Shown here: positions 11,314-23,382 of the stretch, in pieces
How the letters are laid out: each line of letters opens with the position of its first letter
How positions within the stretch are numbered: the first letter of the stretch is position 1
Source of the DNA: Scenedesmus sp. PABB004
Taxonomy: Eukaryota
Direction of reading: 5' to 3'
Assembly: GCA_014905635.1 (NCBI GenBank)
Contig: JABVCE010000003.1
Span: 992,001 to 1,056,000, forward strand
DNA length: 64,000 bases
Notes under the pieces: generated by a model
What the model saw: only the letters and a program-made list of their open reading frames with translations
Told to the model about the DNA's origin: nothing
The model's database searches: none
Translations under genes and position numbers: made by a program

Positions 11314-13370
11314 ATGGCGGCGCGGGGGCAGCCTGGCGCAGGGGCGCCCGCCGCTGCTGCTGGTGCCGCCGCCGCCGACGCTGGCAGCGACGCCGAGGGC
11401 TGGCGGGACAGTGACAGCGAGGGCGCGGTGGACGGCGAGCCGCTTGACGAGGTGCCGCCGGCGTTGCAGCCGCAGCAGCAGCAGCACGCAGCGCGGCGCC
11501 GGCGGCGCGGCCCGCTCGCCCGGCGCATCTCTGTGGCGCTCCGCGCGCGCGCGCACGCCCTCCTGCAGCACCTCCACGCTGCCGGCGACGGCGACGGCGA
11601 GCTGCAGGGCGCGGTTGCGGCGCTGCTGGCCGACGCGGCGGCCGGCGCGGCCAGCAGCGACGGCGAGGGCGGCAGCGAGGGCGCGAGCGAGGGCGACGAC
11701 GACGCCGCGGCGGAGCCGCCGGGCTGCACGCGGTTCGACCCTGACCTCACTGCGTCGCACGCCTACCTCGGCGACGTTGACGAGCTCTCCGGCGCCGGTG
11801 CCGGCGGCTGGCTGCCCGCGGGCGCCAGCGCGCGGCTGCCCCTGCTCGTCCTGGACGGTGCGGGGGCGCCGCCGGTGGGCGAGTGCCGGCCTGCTCGCGG
11901 CCCCACGCGGCGCCGTGCCGTGGGAGCTGCGTGGCAACTCTCCCGCCACCGCCCACCTCTCACCCCGCCTCTCACAGGCGTCGTTCTGTTCCCGGGCTGC
12001 CAGCTGCCGCTGCTGCTGGGCACGCCGCACGAGCAGCGCCTGCTGTCAGCCGCGCTCGCGGCGCCGCCGCCGCTCACGCGCCTGCTGGCGGTGATGCCTT
12101 GGTGAGGCAGCGGCGCAGCACGCCCCCCCCCCCCCCCCCCGCAGCAAGCGGCGCGCTGCGCGCCCGCGCGCGGCCCCCGGCCGGCTCACCCCGCTGCCGC
12201 GCGGCGGGGCAGGCTGCGCGGCGCGCTGCCGGCGGCGCCGCGCCAGGTGTGCTGCACGGCGGAGGTGCGGCAGATGCGGCAGCACGGCGGCGAGGGCTTG
12301 ATCGCTGTCGTGGCGCTGGGGCGGCAGCGCGCCGAGCTGGTGGAGGCGCCGCACGAGGTTCTAGGCCGCGGCCGCTCGCAGTCGTCGGCGGTGGTGCGCA
12401 TCCTGCACGAGGGCTGCGAGACGGACGTGCCGCCGCCGCTGCGGCTCGGCGCGGGAGCGTTTGACCCCGCGCTGACGCGGCCGTGGGACCTGCGGCTGCT
12501 GGTGTTGCGCGTGCGCGAGGCGCTGCGCGCTGTGCTCATCCCGCCGTCGGTTGCCATCTACGAGGGCACCCCGCTGGAGTTCAGCTTTTGGGTCAGCTCG
12601 CAGCTGCCGCTGCCGCCGTCCACGCGCGCGGCGCTGCTCGCCGCGCCCTGCGCGTCTCATCGCCTGCGGTCGCTGCTCGGCCTGCTGACGCGGCTCGACC
12701 AGCTCGCGTGCGGCGGCTGCGCCGCGCCGCTCGCGGGCACGGGCGACGCGCTCGGCATGACCGCGGGCGGCGGCATCGCGGGCACGTTTGTCAACGCGCA
12801 CGGGTGAGCGCCGGCGCGGCGCGAGGGGCGCCGCGTCGCGCCGCTGCGCCCGTGCAACCCTGCCCGCCCGCCGCGCCCGCCCGCCGTGCCCGCCCGCCGC
12901 GCAGGTATGTCCACGAGCTCGTCACGCTCTGCCGCGTCGCGCCGGGCAGCGTCATGCTGGAGGGGCGGCCCGAGACGGCGCACAGCTGGTGAGCGCGCGG
13001 CGGCGCGCGGCGGCGCGCAGCGCGGCGGCGCGCGCGGCTCCGCCCACATGCACGCGCCGACGCTGCTGCTGGTCCGCCCAGGTTTCCGGGCTTTGCCTGG
13101 ACCATCGCACACTGCGGCGCGTGTGGCGCGCACCTGGGGTGGCGCTTCACTGCCGCGCGCGCGGGCCTCTCGCCGCGCGCGTTCTGGGGCCTGCGCCGCG
13201 CCGCGCTCGTGTGCACCACGCGCGCCGGCGGCGACGAGCAGGGCGGCGGCGGCGGCGACGAGCAGGGCGGCGGCGGCGGCGACGAGCAGGGCGGTGGCGG
13301 CGCCGGCATGGTCATCCAGCTGGGCGAGCTGCTGGTGCCGGCGGGCGGCGATCAGGGCGGGCGGGGCTAG
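11314..13370 (+). CDS. CRBN: Cereblon homolog (LON-N + CULT/thalidomide-binding domain)
   Basis: FDPDLTASHAYLGDV; LPLLVLDG|VVLFPGCQLPL; FSFWVSSQLPL; LACGGC..FVNAHG|YVHELVTL..HSW|FPGFAWTIAHCGACGAHLGWRF..FWGL; TAG 13368-13370. Confidence 0.92.
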
Positions 13371-13775
13371 CGCAGCAGGCAGCACGCGTGAGCAGCGGAG
13401 CGGGGAGAGGGGGGGGGCACAGCACGCAGGGGTTGCAGCGCAGAGGGACAGCGTTGAGGGCGTTGAGCCGAGTTGGCGGTTGGAAGCGGCAGGGGCATTG
13501 CCGTCGCCGTCGCCGGCGCGGATCGAGCGGGTTACTCTGAAGAGCCGCAGTGCGCCGCCGCCCCCAACTGCGCCCGCGCCGCCACCCCCGCCCCCGCCAA
13601 AACTGCCGCTGCGAGCCGACCGCCCCCGCCCGGCCGAGCGGGCGCACGGTGCGCCACCAGCCGCGCGCCCGCCGCGTCGGCGCTGGGTACTACCTCCTGC
13701 GTGGCACAAACCCCGGCGTCCTTGCTTGAAGCCCCGGGACTGCTGCACCCCGCACACCCCCCCCCCACCACCACC

Positions 13776-13996
<221 letters not shown>

Positions 13997-14000
13997 CTCC

Positions 14001-16776
14001 TCACTTCTTGCCCTTCTTCTTGCCGGCGCCCTTGCCGGCGCCCTTGCCCTCCGCCGCGGCGGCGGGCAGGAAGTCTTTGAGCTCGGCCACGCTCAGCCCG
14101 CCGTCCTTGGCGGCGGCGCCGCGCGGCGCCGCGGCGGCCGCCGCCGCCGCGAGCGCGCGCGCGCCGTCGGCCGCGTAGACCAGCGGGTGCGGCGCGTCGA
14201 GCGACCAGCCGCGCAGGCAGTTGAGCGCGGGCGCCGCGGCCGCGATGAGCGTGGCGCCCGCCTGCTGCATGCTCGCGGCCAGCGCCGCCTCGCTCGCGCG
14301 GAGCCGCGGCGTCATCGCGAGGTGCGACGCGCCCTGCAGCAGCTCGCTGCCGCCGAGCGTCAGCGACTGCGCGTGCGGGCGCGCGCGCGCGGGCGGGCGC
14401 GCGGGCGGGCGGGCGGGTCGGCGCGCGCGCGCCCGCCGCGCGGCCGCCGGCGCGCGCCAAGCCGCGCCCCCCGGAGCTCCGCGGCCCACCCACCTCCATC
14501 ATCGTGTGCGCCGCGAGGCCGGGCGCCATGTGCCCCACCGTGGTCAGCCACTCGTACGTGCGGCGCAGGTTGTTGCTGACCGTGGCGGCGGCGTCGCGCA
14601 GCGCGCGCATGTGCTCCGGCTTGGCGCCGCCCGGCTGCCGCATCAGGCCCGTCACGTGGCCCACGACCATGCGCATGTACTCTGCACCGGCGGCGGCGGC
14701 GCAACGTGCGGCGGCGGCGGCGGCGACAGGGCGTGGCGTGGGCGTGGGCGCTGGCACGGGGCAGGCGGCGCGGGTGTGGGCGGGCGGGCGGGCGGGCGGG
14801 CGGGCGGGCGGCGCGCACCGGTCTGGCTCACGGCCGCGGCGTGGACGGCCCAGTGGTAGGGCCCCAGCACGACCAGCAGGTCCTGCAGGCGGTCCCCCTC
14901 CTGGCGCGGGTCGTACATGCGCGCGGAGCTGCGGCGCGGGCGCGATGGGGGGCGGCGGTGGGCGGCGTGGGTGCGCGCGCGCGCGCGCGCGTTTGGAGGC
15001 GACAGCGGCGGCGACAGCGGCGGCGGCGGCAGACGCGGCGCGGCGCGCACCGGTACGCCCAGTTCTCGATGCGCGTGCTCGCGCTGCGCACGAGGGGGCA
15101 GTCGCCCAGCAGTGCGGCGTCGCTGTCGGGCAGCTCCACGCCGCACTTGCCGCACACCCAGGGCTTGAACGCCTCGGCCGAGGCCGCCTCCTCCGCCAGC
15201 AGCGCCGCGCGCGCCGCCGCGGACGCGGGGTCCTCCGCCGCGTCGGCGCCGTGGTCGTGCCCGCAGCAGCTGCCGTCGGCCGCGTGCGCGTGCGCGTGCG
15301 CCGCGTGGCGGCGCCGGTGCTCCGCCAGGTCGAGCGCGTCGAGCGCGGAGCGCCGCGCCGGCGCGGCGGGGTCGGCGCGGGCGGGGTGGAAGACGAGCAG
15401 GCCGACCGGCGGGGTCTCAAAGTTGGGGCAGTTGACCACGGCCTCGGGCAGGTGCCCGCGCTCGGTGCGCCGCGCCGCCTCAGGCGCGCAGGCCATGCAG
15501 GGGATGGCCGCCAGGTGGTCGGGCTCGTCCGCGCAGCGCGGGCAGGCGCAGCGGAAGGAGAACGCGTCCCACAGGTACGCCTGCCTGCGGCGGCGGGCGA
15601 CGCGCGGCCGGGCCGGCGGGCGCGACGTCGGCAGGCGCCGGCGCCGCCGCCGCCGGGGTCTGCTGCCGCGCCGCCTGGCCCGCCGCGGCTGCTGCCGTGC
15701 GGCGCGCGTGCGCACCTGCCGGAGCGGCCCATGACCTGGAGGTCAGACGGCAGGTAGCTCGTGGTCAGCAGCTCGCCCGCCGCGATGTCCTGCGGGGCGC
15801 GGCGGCGCGGGCGCGTGCCGGTGAGCGCGGGGCGCGCGGGCGGGCGCGGGGCGGGCACGCGCGGCCGCGCGGCTGCGCCGCGCCGCCGCGCGGCGCGCCC
15901 GACCTGCAGCGCCACGTTGCAGCCCTTGCCCTCGTGCGACTTGTAGTAGGTGTTGGGCTTGGCGCACGTGTGCGCGAGCTTGCTCGCGACGCGGAACATC
16001 ACGCCGCCGCGGGCCATGAACTGGTGCACGTTGAGCTCCGCCGCGAGCAGCACGCGCTGCACCACGGCCGCGTCGGTCGGCGCGGGCCGCGGCGGCGGCG
16101 GCGGCACCGCGCCGGCGGCGGCGCCGCTCGCCGCGACGGCGGCGAGGATGGCGAGAATCTTGTCCACGCCCGGCGCGAGCGCCGCGAGCACGCGCGCCTG
16201 CGCCGCCGAGCGCCGCACGGGCGCGGTGCCGTCGACGCCGTCGCCCTCCGGCGCGGCAAACATGTCGCCCAGCACCGCGTCCTGCACGTCCGGCGGCGCG
16301 CGGCAGAAATCGAGGTAGAAGCCGCACGCGCTGTTCCAGTCACGCGGGTCGATGCCCGTCGCGTCGCCCGCCTCCTGCGGCGCGGCGCGGCGCGGCGCGG
16401 CGCGGGCGGCGCGGGCGGCACGGCGGCTCGCGGGACGGGGCGCGGTGCTGCGTGCGGGGTGCACGGTGCCCCCACCACCGGCGAGCGCCGGCGGCGGCGC
16501 CGGGCGGCGGCAGCAGCGGACGGCGCGCCGGCGGCGGCCGGCGCCCGCGCCGCGCGGGGCGTCGACCGGGCTCGCCTCGGGGTGGGCCTTGATATGGGCC
16601 GCGACCTGCTTCATCAGGCCCATCAGGACCTTGTCGTCCGCCTCGTAGCGGAGCAGAGCGGGCTCACATGTGACCAGCTCGCCGGCCTTGATGTCGCGGG
16701 CCGCGAAGGCGCTGCGCCCAAAGACGGGGTGGTCCTTCACCACCACCGCGTCCGTGCTGTCAGCCGGGGGCGCCAT
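14001..16776 (-). CDS. SET-domain protein, SMYD-like (split SET, Cys-rich post-SET, helical C-terminus)
   Basis: FGRSAFAARDIKAGELV; ASKLAHTCAKPN; ALQ|DIAAGELLTTSYL; YLWDAFSFRCACPRC; additional CMAC and WVCGKCG; LGPYHWA; ends GKKKGKK*. Confidence 0.8.
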
Positions 16777-17192
16777 GGCGCGCCGCGCGCCGCGCGCCGC
16801 GGCCGGCGGCTCGGCGACGCGACTGCTGCTGCCTCTGCTGCTCGGCCGCCTGCTGGCGCGTCCGCTCCGTCCCGTCCCCTTTGCGTGATCGCCGGCGCCT
16901 GGTGCTGCCCCGGTGCGGAGCGGAGCAGAACCGCGCCGTCAACCGCAGCGCCAAGCGCGGCGGCCCGCGGAGCGGCGCTGCACCGACACCGCGTGTCGGC
17001 CGGTGTCGGTGCCGGCGGGAGCCGGTTCCAGCCACCGCTGAGCCCAGGCCAACAACGCCGAGCGCTCGCGCGCGGCACGCCGGGGCGTGCCCGAGGGCGG
17101 CCGGGTCCGTGCGCCCGCCGCCACGCGGAACCTGCCCCGCGGTCGGGAGCATCACGACACGGCCTACGCGGTGGGCAGGAGCACGAAACCTT

Positions 17193-17354
17193 GAAGGAGC
17201 AGCGCATGCCACCGGTCTGGGTACTCACTGCTGCGCCAACCCTGCGGCCGTCCACGGCGTGGCTGGCGCCCCGCGCGATCACCGCGCTCGTCCGCGGCGT
17301 GAGGCTGATGCTATGATGCTATTGCGGCTGTTGATGCTGTGAGCGTAAAGCACC
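17193..17354 (+). repeat. Diverged direct repeat, copy A (upstream of FG-GAP-like gene)
   Basis: Collinear blocks shared with 20590-20735: gagcagcgcat/gagcggcgcat, ccctgcggccg, gcgatcaccgcgctcgtccgcg/gcgatcatcgcgcccgtccgcg, gaggctga, gatgctat, gtgagcg..aagca. Confidence 0.7.
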
Positions 17355-17659
17355 AGAGCCCGCAGTCTGGTCGGGGGTGGCGAAAAAAGCCGCGCGGCGT
17401 CACCAGCGCAAGCAGCGGCGGCGGCCGCCGGCTGCGTGCCAGGCACATCGGCGCCGTGCCGACACTGGTCAGGCGCACGCGGGACTCCAGGCGACACGCG
17501 GCGCATCACCAGGGCTCGCTGCTGCGTCTGCAGCGCTGCCGATGCTTCTCCCGCCGCTCCGAGCGCTCCAGCCCGCCCGCTGGCCGGCGCATTCAGCACC
17601 GCTCGGGCCGCGTCCCGCGCCCAGCCCGCATCGCCAAGCACTCCGCAACTCTTTGCAGG

Positions 17660-20203
17660 ATGGAGTTTCGTCGCGCCCTCGCGCTGGCGGCGCTGGCCCT
17701 GTTGGCAGGCTCAGCGCCCGGCGCAGACGCGAGGTGGGTGTCGGAGAGGGCGCCGCCCGGCACCGCGGCGCGGCCGGGCGCCCCAGGGCTGACAGGGATG
17801 CGGGGCGCTCCCGAGCCTCCCGCGCGCTCGCCGCGTCCCCGCGGCCTCTGCGCTCGCTCCCAGCGCGTCACAGCGCTGCGCGGGACAGATCGCGCCGTGT
17901 CGAATGTCTCCTCACTCCACATTGAATGGCCCTGGTGACCGCCGCCGCTGCTGCCGCTGCCCCTGCAGGCGCTCGCTGCACGGCGGCAAGCACGACGACT
18001 ACCGCCCGAACGTGCCTGCGCCGCCGTGTGCTCAGGTCAACCTGACGTCCGTCACGCCCACGCCCCTCGGCGTGTTTGGCTGGTCCGTGGCGATGAGCAC
18101 CAAGGGCGACGCGCTGGCCATCTCTGCGCCCGGGGAGGGTCCGGAGGACTACAAGAAGCTCACCTCCCAGCTTCCCTGGATTGCCAGCCGCGGCGCCGTC
18201 TACGTCTCAACCGCGACCGGCCGCGTCAAGTCGAAGCGCGCCGCGCCCGAGCACAGCAGCAAGGGCGGCGGCGGCCACGGCGGCAAGCCCCCCGGCCCCT
18301 CCTCCTGCCCGACGTACCGCCCCCTCACCGCGCTGGTGCCGCCCGCGACCGCCAACGGCTATGGCCAGGGCTTCGGCCAGGCGCTGGCGATGAGCGCTGA
18401 CGGCTCGGTGCTTATCGTCGCGCTCGCTGGCTGCTACGTGCCGCCTGGCGGGCTGCCTCCTCTTTGCCCGAGCTTCCCTCCGGCCGTCGGCGCCGCCCCG
18501 GGCTCCCCGCCGAGCGGCAACTACACCTGGCCATTGGCGCCCCCCACGACAAGCTGCGTCGTCCCTGACGCGGTGCCGGTGCAGGGCTGGCTGGCCGGGC
18601 TCGGGCTCCCGTGCTCGTGCGTTTTCGCCACCGGCGGTGTGCCCGTCTGGCCCATCAAGTGCGTGCCTGACGCCGTCGCGACGCCCCCAGTCAACCCGGT
18701 CGTCCCGATGGTGCGCGCTGCAGGGCACGCCCGCCCGCCCGCGCGAGCCTGCGTGTCACTCTCGCCCCTGCCCCCGCCGTCGCCCCCGCCCCCGCGTCTT
18801 GCGCCGCCCTGGCCGCAGGACTTCCTGTGGGTGTACCGCCGCCAGGGCGACGGCACGTACAAGCTCGACACCACCGCTTCCGCGGGCCTCAAGATTCTTG
18901 GCCCCACCGTCACCAAGCAGGTCGGGTTCTGCGGCCGCCACCCTGCGCCGGCGGCGGCGGGCGCCGCGCTCGCCCTGCCGCGCTCACGCCCCTCCCGCTG
19001 CGGCCTCGCTGCCTCGCCCGCGCCCGGGGCCGGCGCCCGCAGAACCAGATCGACCAGCCCAACCTCTTCTATTACACCACCAACCGCGAGACCTGGCCGA
19101 GCATCAGCGCCAAGGGCGACGTCGTCGCGGTCAACGCGGACATCGCCTACCTCAGCAAGGACTCGCAGAACAGCCCGCTCTCAAGCGCCTCGGGCGTCCA
19201 CGTGCGCGCCGCGCCGCCCGCGCCGATCGCACCGCGCGCGCCCGCTCACGCTCGCCGCGCTCGCCGGGCGCGCAGGTGTTCCGCAAGAGCGGCGACACCT
19301 ACGTCGACGTGCTGCGCATGAAGGCCATCTACGCGAATGGCAGCCTGTGCCCGGATGAAATTGGAACGTGCTACAGCTGGACGCCCCTTTATCCGGCAAT
19401 CAGCCCCAATGGCCAGCTCCTCGCCACGGTCTGGGGCGGCATGTCGCCGGCCGACCCTGTGTCGCTGCACGTCTGGGACGGCCGCAAGTTTGTGCCCGGC
19501 CTCGTGCTGCCCTTTGAGGCTGAGAAGGACGGCGTGTCGAGTGCCAACCCCGCGTTCTCGGCCAACAGCGCCGTGCTGGGGCTGGGCATGCTGGTCCCTG
19601 TCAACAACACACTCGAGGCGCGCATCGACCTGCGCGTGCTCTACCTCCGCTCCGACCCCGTGACCAGCGCGCCCAACCTCACGGCCGCGCTCGCGTGCTC
19701 TATCAAGGTCCCTGGCTATCTCAACCCTTTGACGGGCGAAGGCATTGTGTCGAGTGCGCGCCACGCGCGACGCGGCCGCCTGGGCCCCTCGCCGGCGCCG
19801 CGCGGCCGCGCCGCGCGGCCGCGTCGCGCGCTGCAGTCTGCACCGCTGACTGCGCCGCCACGCTGACCGCCCCGCAGGCCTGGAGATCCTGCAGCTGCCC
19901 GGCCGCGGCAACAGCGCGGTTATGCGCGTCGCCGCATCGGTCGGGGCCGCGCCGACGCTGGTGTATGACATTCCCTTCACGCTCGCGCGGTCGGGCGCGG
20001 TCGAGCTGCTCTCCTGCCCCACCAAGCCCACCGCGTCGGTCGACCCGCCGAGCGAGGAGTCTACCTTCCAGGGCTGGGGCTCGGGCGGGTCGCAGGCGTG
20101 CTCAATCAACAACCAGGTCCTGGGCGGCATCCCCGGCGCCGTGGGCAGGGGCAACGACAAGCCCCTGCCCGCCGCCGGCGCGGCCGTGATCGTCGGCTTC
20201 TGA
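17660..20203 (+). CDS. Secreted protein with FG-GAP/integrin-alpha-like beta-propeller repeats and a Pro-rich segment; function unknown; ~6 exons
   Basis: Signal peptide MEFRRALALAALALLAGSAPGADA; FGWSVAMSTKGDALAISAPGE..GAVYV; FGQALAMSADGSVLIV; ISAKGDVVAV; ISPNGQLLA; FSANSAVLG; TGA 20201-20203. Confidence 0.65.
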
Positions 20204-20589
20204 GCCGCCTCACCGGGGGCGAATGATGCGCGGCGCCCACGGCGCCGCGTGCCCGCGGCGCGCGCCCAAGGCACGCCCGGCGAACGAGGCTCAGCTCGGT
20301 GCACACGCTGGCCGTCGCGCACAGGCCGCGCTTGACGTGCGCGGCGTGGCGAGTCTGCGCACAGTTGACAAAATGCCTGACGACCATGCCGCCTTTGCTC
20401 GCACCTGCTGCCAAGCGCCAAGCGCCAAACTCTGACCATGGGACGGGTGTCGGCCGCGCGCCGTGGCCCGACTTTGAACACACGTCGGGAGGTTCCAAAT
20501 GACATGCCCACGGCGGCAGGCGCGGACTCAGCGCATGCTGCAGCACAACACAACACACAGCTGTGTGTGGCGGCGGCTCTGCTCCTACG

Positions 20590-20735
20590 AAAGAGCGGCG
20601 CATTTCTTTGCTCCTCACTGGTGCTTTGGGGTGCGCACAGCTGGCCCTGCGGCCGCTGACGACGTGGCGGCGATCATCGCGCCCGTCCGCGCGGCTCGAG
20701 GCTGACGATGCTATGCTGGCGTGAGCGCAAGCAGC
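20590..20735 (+). repeat. Diverged direct repeat, copy B (downstream of FG-GAP-like gene)
   Basis: Collinear similarity to 17193-17354. Confidence 0.7.
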
Positions 20736-20862
20736 TGAACGCGCTGGGGCCACACAACCGAACAGTAACAACTTGACCAGCCATGCACGACTGATCAGGG
20801 GGTTGCTCCAACCGACCGCCGCGCGTCTCGCAGCGCCCGCGCACCGGCCGCCAGCGCGCACG

Positions 20863-22660
20863 TCAGCGCCGCAAGCTCGAGCCGGCCGTCGACGTGCCCG
20901 GCGACCAGGCCTGCAGCAGCTGCCCCGCGCGCGCGCCCGGCTTGGCCGGCGAGCCCGCCTGCCCCTGCGCCCGGCCGTCGCCGTGCAGGCGCGTGCGCAG
21001 GCGGCCCACCAGGCCGTCAAACTCTGCCAACTCCCGGTCCTGCGGGGGCGGCGGCGCGACCGCCCGGCTCAGCCGCGGCGCCGCTGCGCGGCCGGCTGCG
21101 TCGCGCTGCGCGGCGCGGCACGCACCCATGCCGCCCAGGGCTGGCGCTGGGACGCGCCGCCGCCGCTGGCGGCCGCCAGCGCCTGGGCCGGCGGCGCCAG
21201 CAGGGTGCTGAGATAGGAGCTCGGCGCCGCGGCCGACGCCGCCGCGTCCGCGCGCGCTGCCGCGAGGACGCCGCGCATTGACTCGGCCAGCGTGGCGAGC
21301 TGCTGATCTGCCTCCGCTGCGCGGCCGCCGAGGCTGCTGGCGGTCAGATCGAGCCTCGCGCACAGCGACTGCTGTGCCGCGGCGAGCTGCTGCACCTCCT
21401 GGCGCAGCGCGAGCAGGCCCGCCTCACCAGCCGCCGCGTGCTGCTGCGACGCGTGCTGAAGGTCCTGCGGCCCACCCGGCGCACGGAGGGCGGGCCCGCG
21501 TCAGCGCGCGCACGGGCATCCAGGCGCAGCGCGTGCAGCCGCTGCCGCCAGCAGCAGCCGCAGCAGCAGCAGCGGGTGCCGCGCCTCGGCCAAGCTCTGG
21601 AGCCGGACGACCGCCTTCTTCACTCGCTTGCCCTCCGTTGAGCAGCCCTCGATGGCGGCGCTGGTGCTCTCCCACTGCTCCTGCAGCGCCTCCATCTGAT
21701 GGTTGACCTGCTGCTGCTGGTTCGCGCACGCCGCCACCACGGCCTTCACCTTGGCCGCCATTGCCAGCAGCTCGCCCTTGGACCACGCCTCCAGCTCGCG
21801 CACTGCGTGGGGCGGGCGAGAGGGAGGGGGGGGGGGGGGGGGGGGGGTGACGCCGCGGCGGCACCGCGCCGCGTGCCGCGGACGGCGCCTGGGGCAGCCG
21901 CCGGCGCCTGAGCACGCGCGCGGGGGCGCCCCTGCCCGCGCCCACCCGACGACGCCGCCTTGGCCGAGAGGTCCTGGCGCACGAGGCTCAGCGTGCTGCT
22001 GACCTCCCGCTGCCACGACTGCAGCTGCTCCTCTGCCTCGCCGCGCTGCCGCTCCAGCTGCAGGCCCACGCTCGTGCGCAGCTGCTCCAAGCCGGCGCGC
22101 GTCTGCTCCGCGCCGTCGTCGTGCGCGCGGCGCAGCGCCGCGACCTCCGCCTGCAGCAGGGCGACCGCCGCCTCGTGCGCGGCCGCCTGCTGCTGCGCGC
22201 GCGCCTGCGCGCTGCGGAGCTCCGCCTGCAGGCCCGCGTGTGACTTGGCCTGCGCCGAGAGCTGCCGCGCCAGCGCCTCGACCGCCGCACGCGCGAGGTC
22301 GAGCTCCTGCGCCACGTTGCGCTCGCGCGTGAGCGCCCACACCGGCGCCCACTCGCCGCTGCTGGGCGAGGTGCGCAGCTCCAGCTCCGCCAGCCTCGCC
22401 GCCAGCTCCGCCAGCCGAATGTCCTGGAGGGGGGCGGGCGGGCGGGCGGCGGGCTGTCTGCGCGCCGCCGCGCGCAGACAGGCGCTTGCAGGAAAGAGCG
22501 GGAGGGCCGGCCGCCGGCTCGCCTGCTCGCGGTAGCTCGACTCGTGCTCGGTCACGAGCTCCAGGAGGCGGTCCAGCCTGTGCAGGTGCGCGGGGCTCGC
22601 CGCCGCTGCAGCGCCGCCCGCTGCAGCGCCGCCGCCCGCCCGCGCCGGCGAGCCCAGCAT
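20863..22660 (-). CDS. Coiled-coil protein of unknown function, ~5 exons
   Basis: ATG 22660; heptad-rich E/Q/A/L exons (LAQELDLARAAVEAL-type) joined across GC-AG (22424-22522) and GT-AG introns; last exon DRELAEFDGLVGRLRTRL..SSLRR*. Confidence 0.65.
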
Positions 22661-23382
22661 GGCGTCTGCTTGCCGGGGTCAGCCGGGGTCAAACTGCCAC
22701 GGCGCGGGCACGACAGGGAGAGCACACGGCTGCTGCGCCGCTCCGGAACGCCGGCGCGTTTTTCAAGCGCCGCCGTCCGTGCGATCGTTGGATTGACTGC
22801 TTCGCCCGCGGCGGGTGCGAGGAGCCCGGTCTGGGCACACAGGACGAACGCATGGAGACAAGCGACGGCGGCGGTTCGCGGCACAAGACTGCGAAAAACC
22901 GCTCAGCGGCGCTGCTTTTGACGCGCTGCAAAGCTCCACGCCGCCGCCCGCCCGCTGCAAGCTCCACCCCCCGCCCAAGCCAGGCAGCCAGCCAGCGGCC
23001 CCCTGCGCCGGCGCGGCGGCGGCGCTCCACGGTGAGCTGGGCGCCGCGCCTCACGCCGCCGCGCCCCGTGCCGCGGCGCGGCGCCAAGGCCTGCCCTTGA
23101 CCGTGGCCAGGCCGTGGGGCCGTGACCGGCCTGGCGGGCGGGGGCGGCGCACCGCCGGCGCGGTCCGGGGGCGCGCGCCGCGCGCTCGCGGCCGCCCACG
23201 GCGGCGCCGCCGCCCGCGCCGCCGCGCCGCTTGCCGTAGCGCGCGCCGGCGCCGCGGATCCCGACCCCCTGAGCACGGTGGGCGAGCTGGAGGCGCTCAG
23301 CGGCAAGGAGAACGCGGCGCCGCGGCCGTCTGCGCCCGCGCGCGGCGGCAAGCCGCCGCATCACCGCCAGCCGCCCGGCGCG

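Noticed and set aside
17301..17360. Possible box C/D snoRNA (tgatg.. motifs)
   Set aside because: No proper RUGAUGA with a downstream CUGA and terminal stem; better explained as part of the direct repeat.
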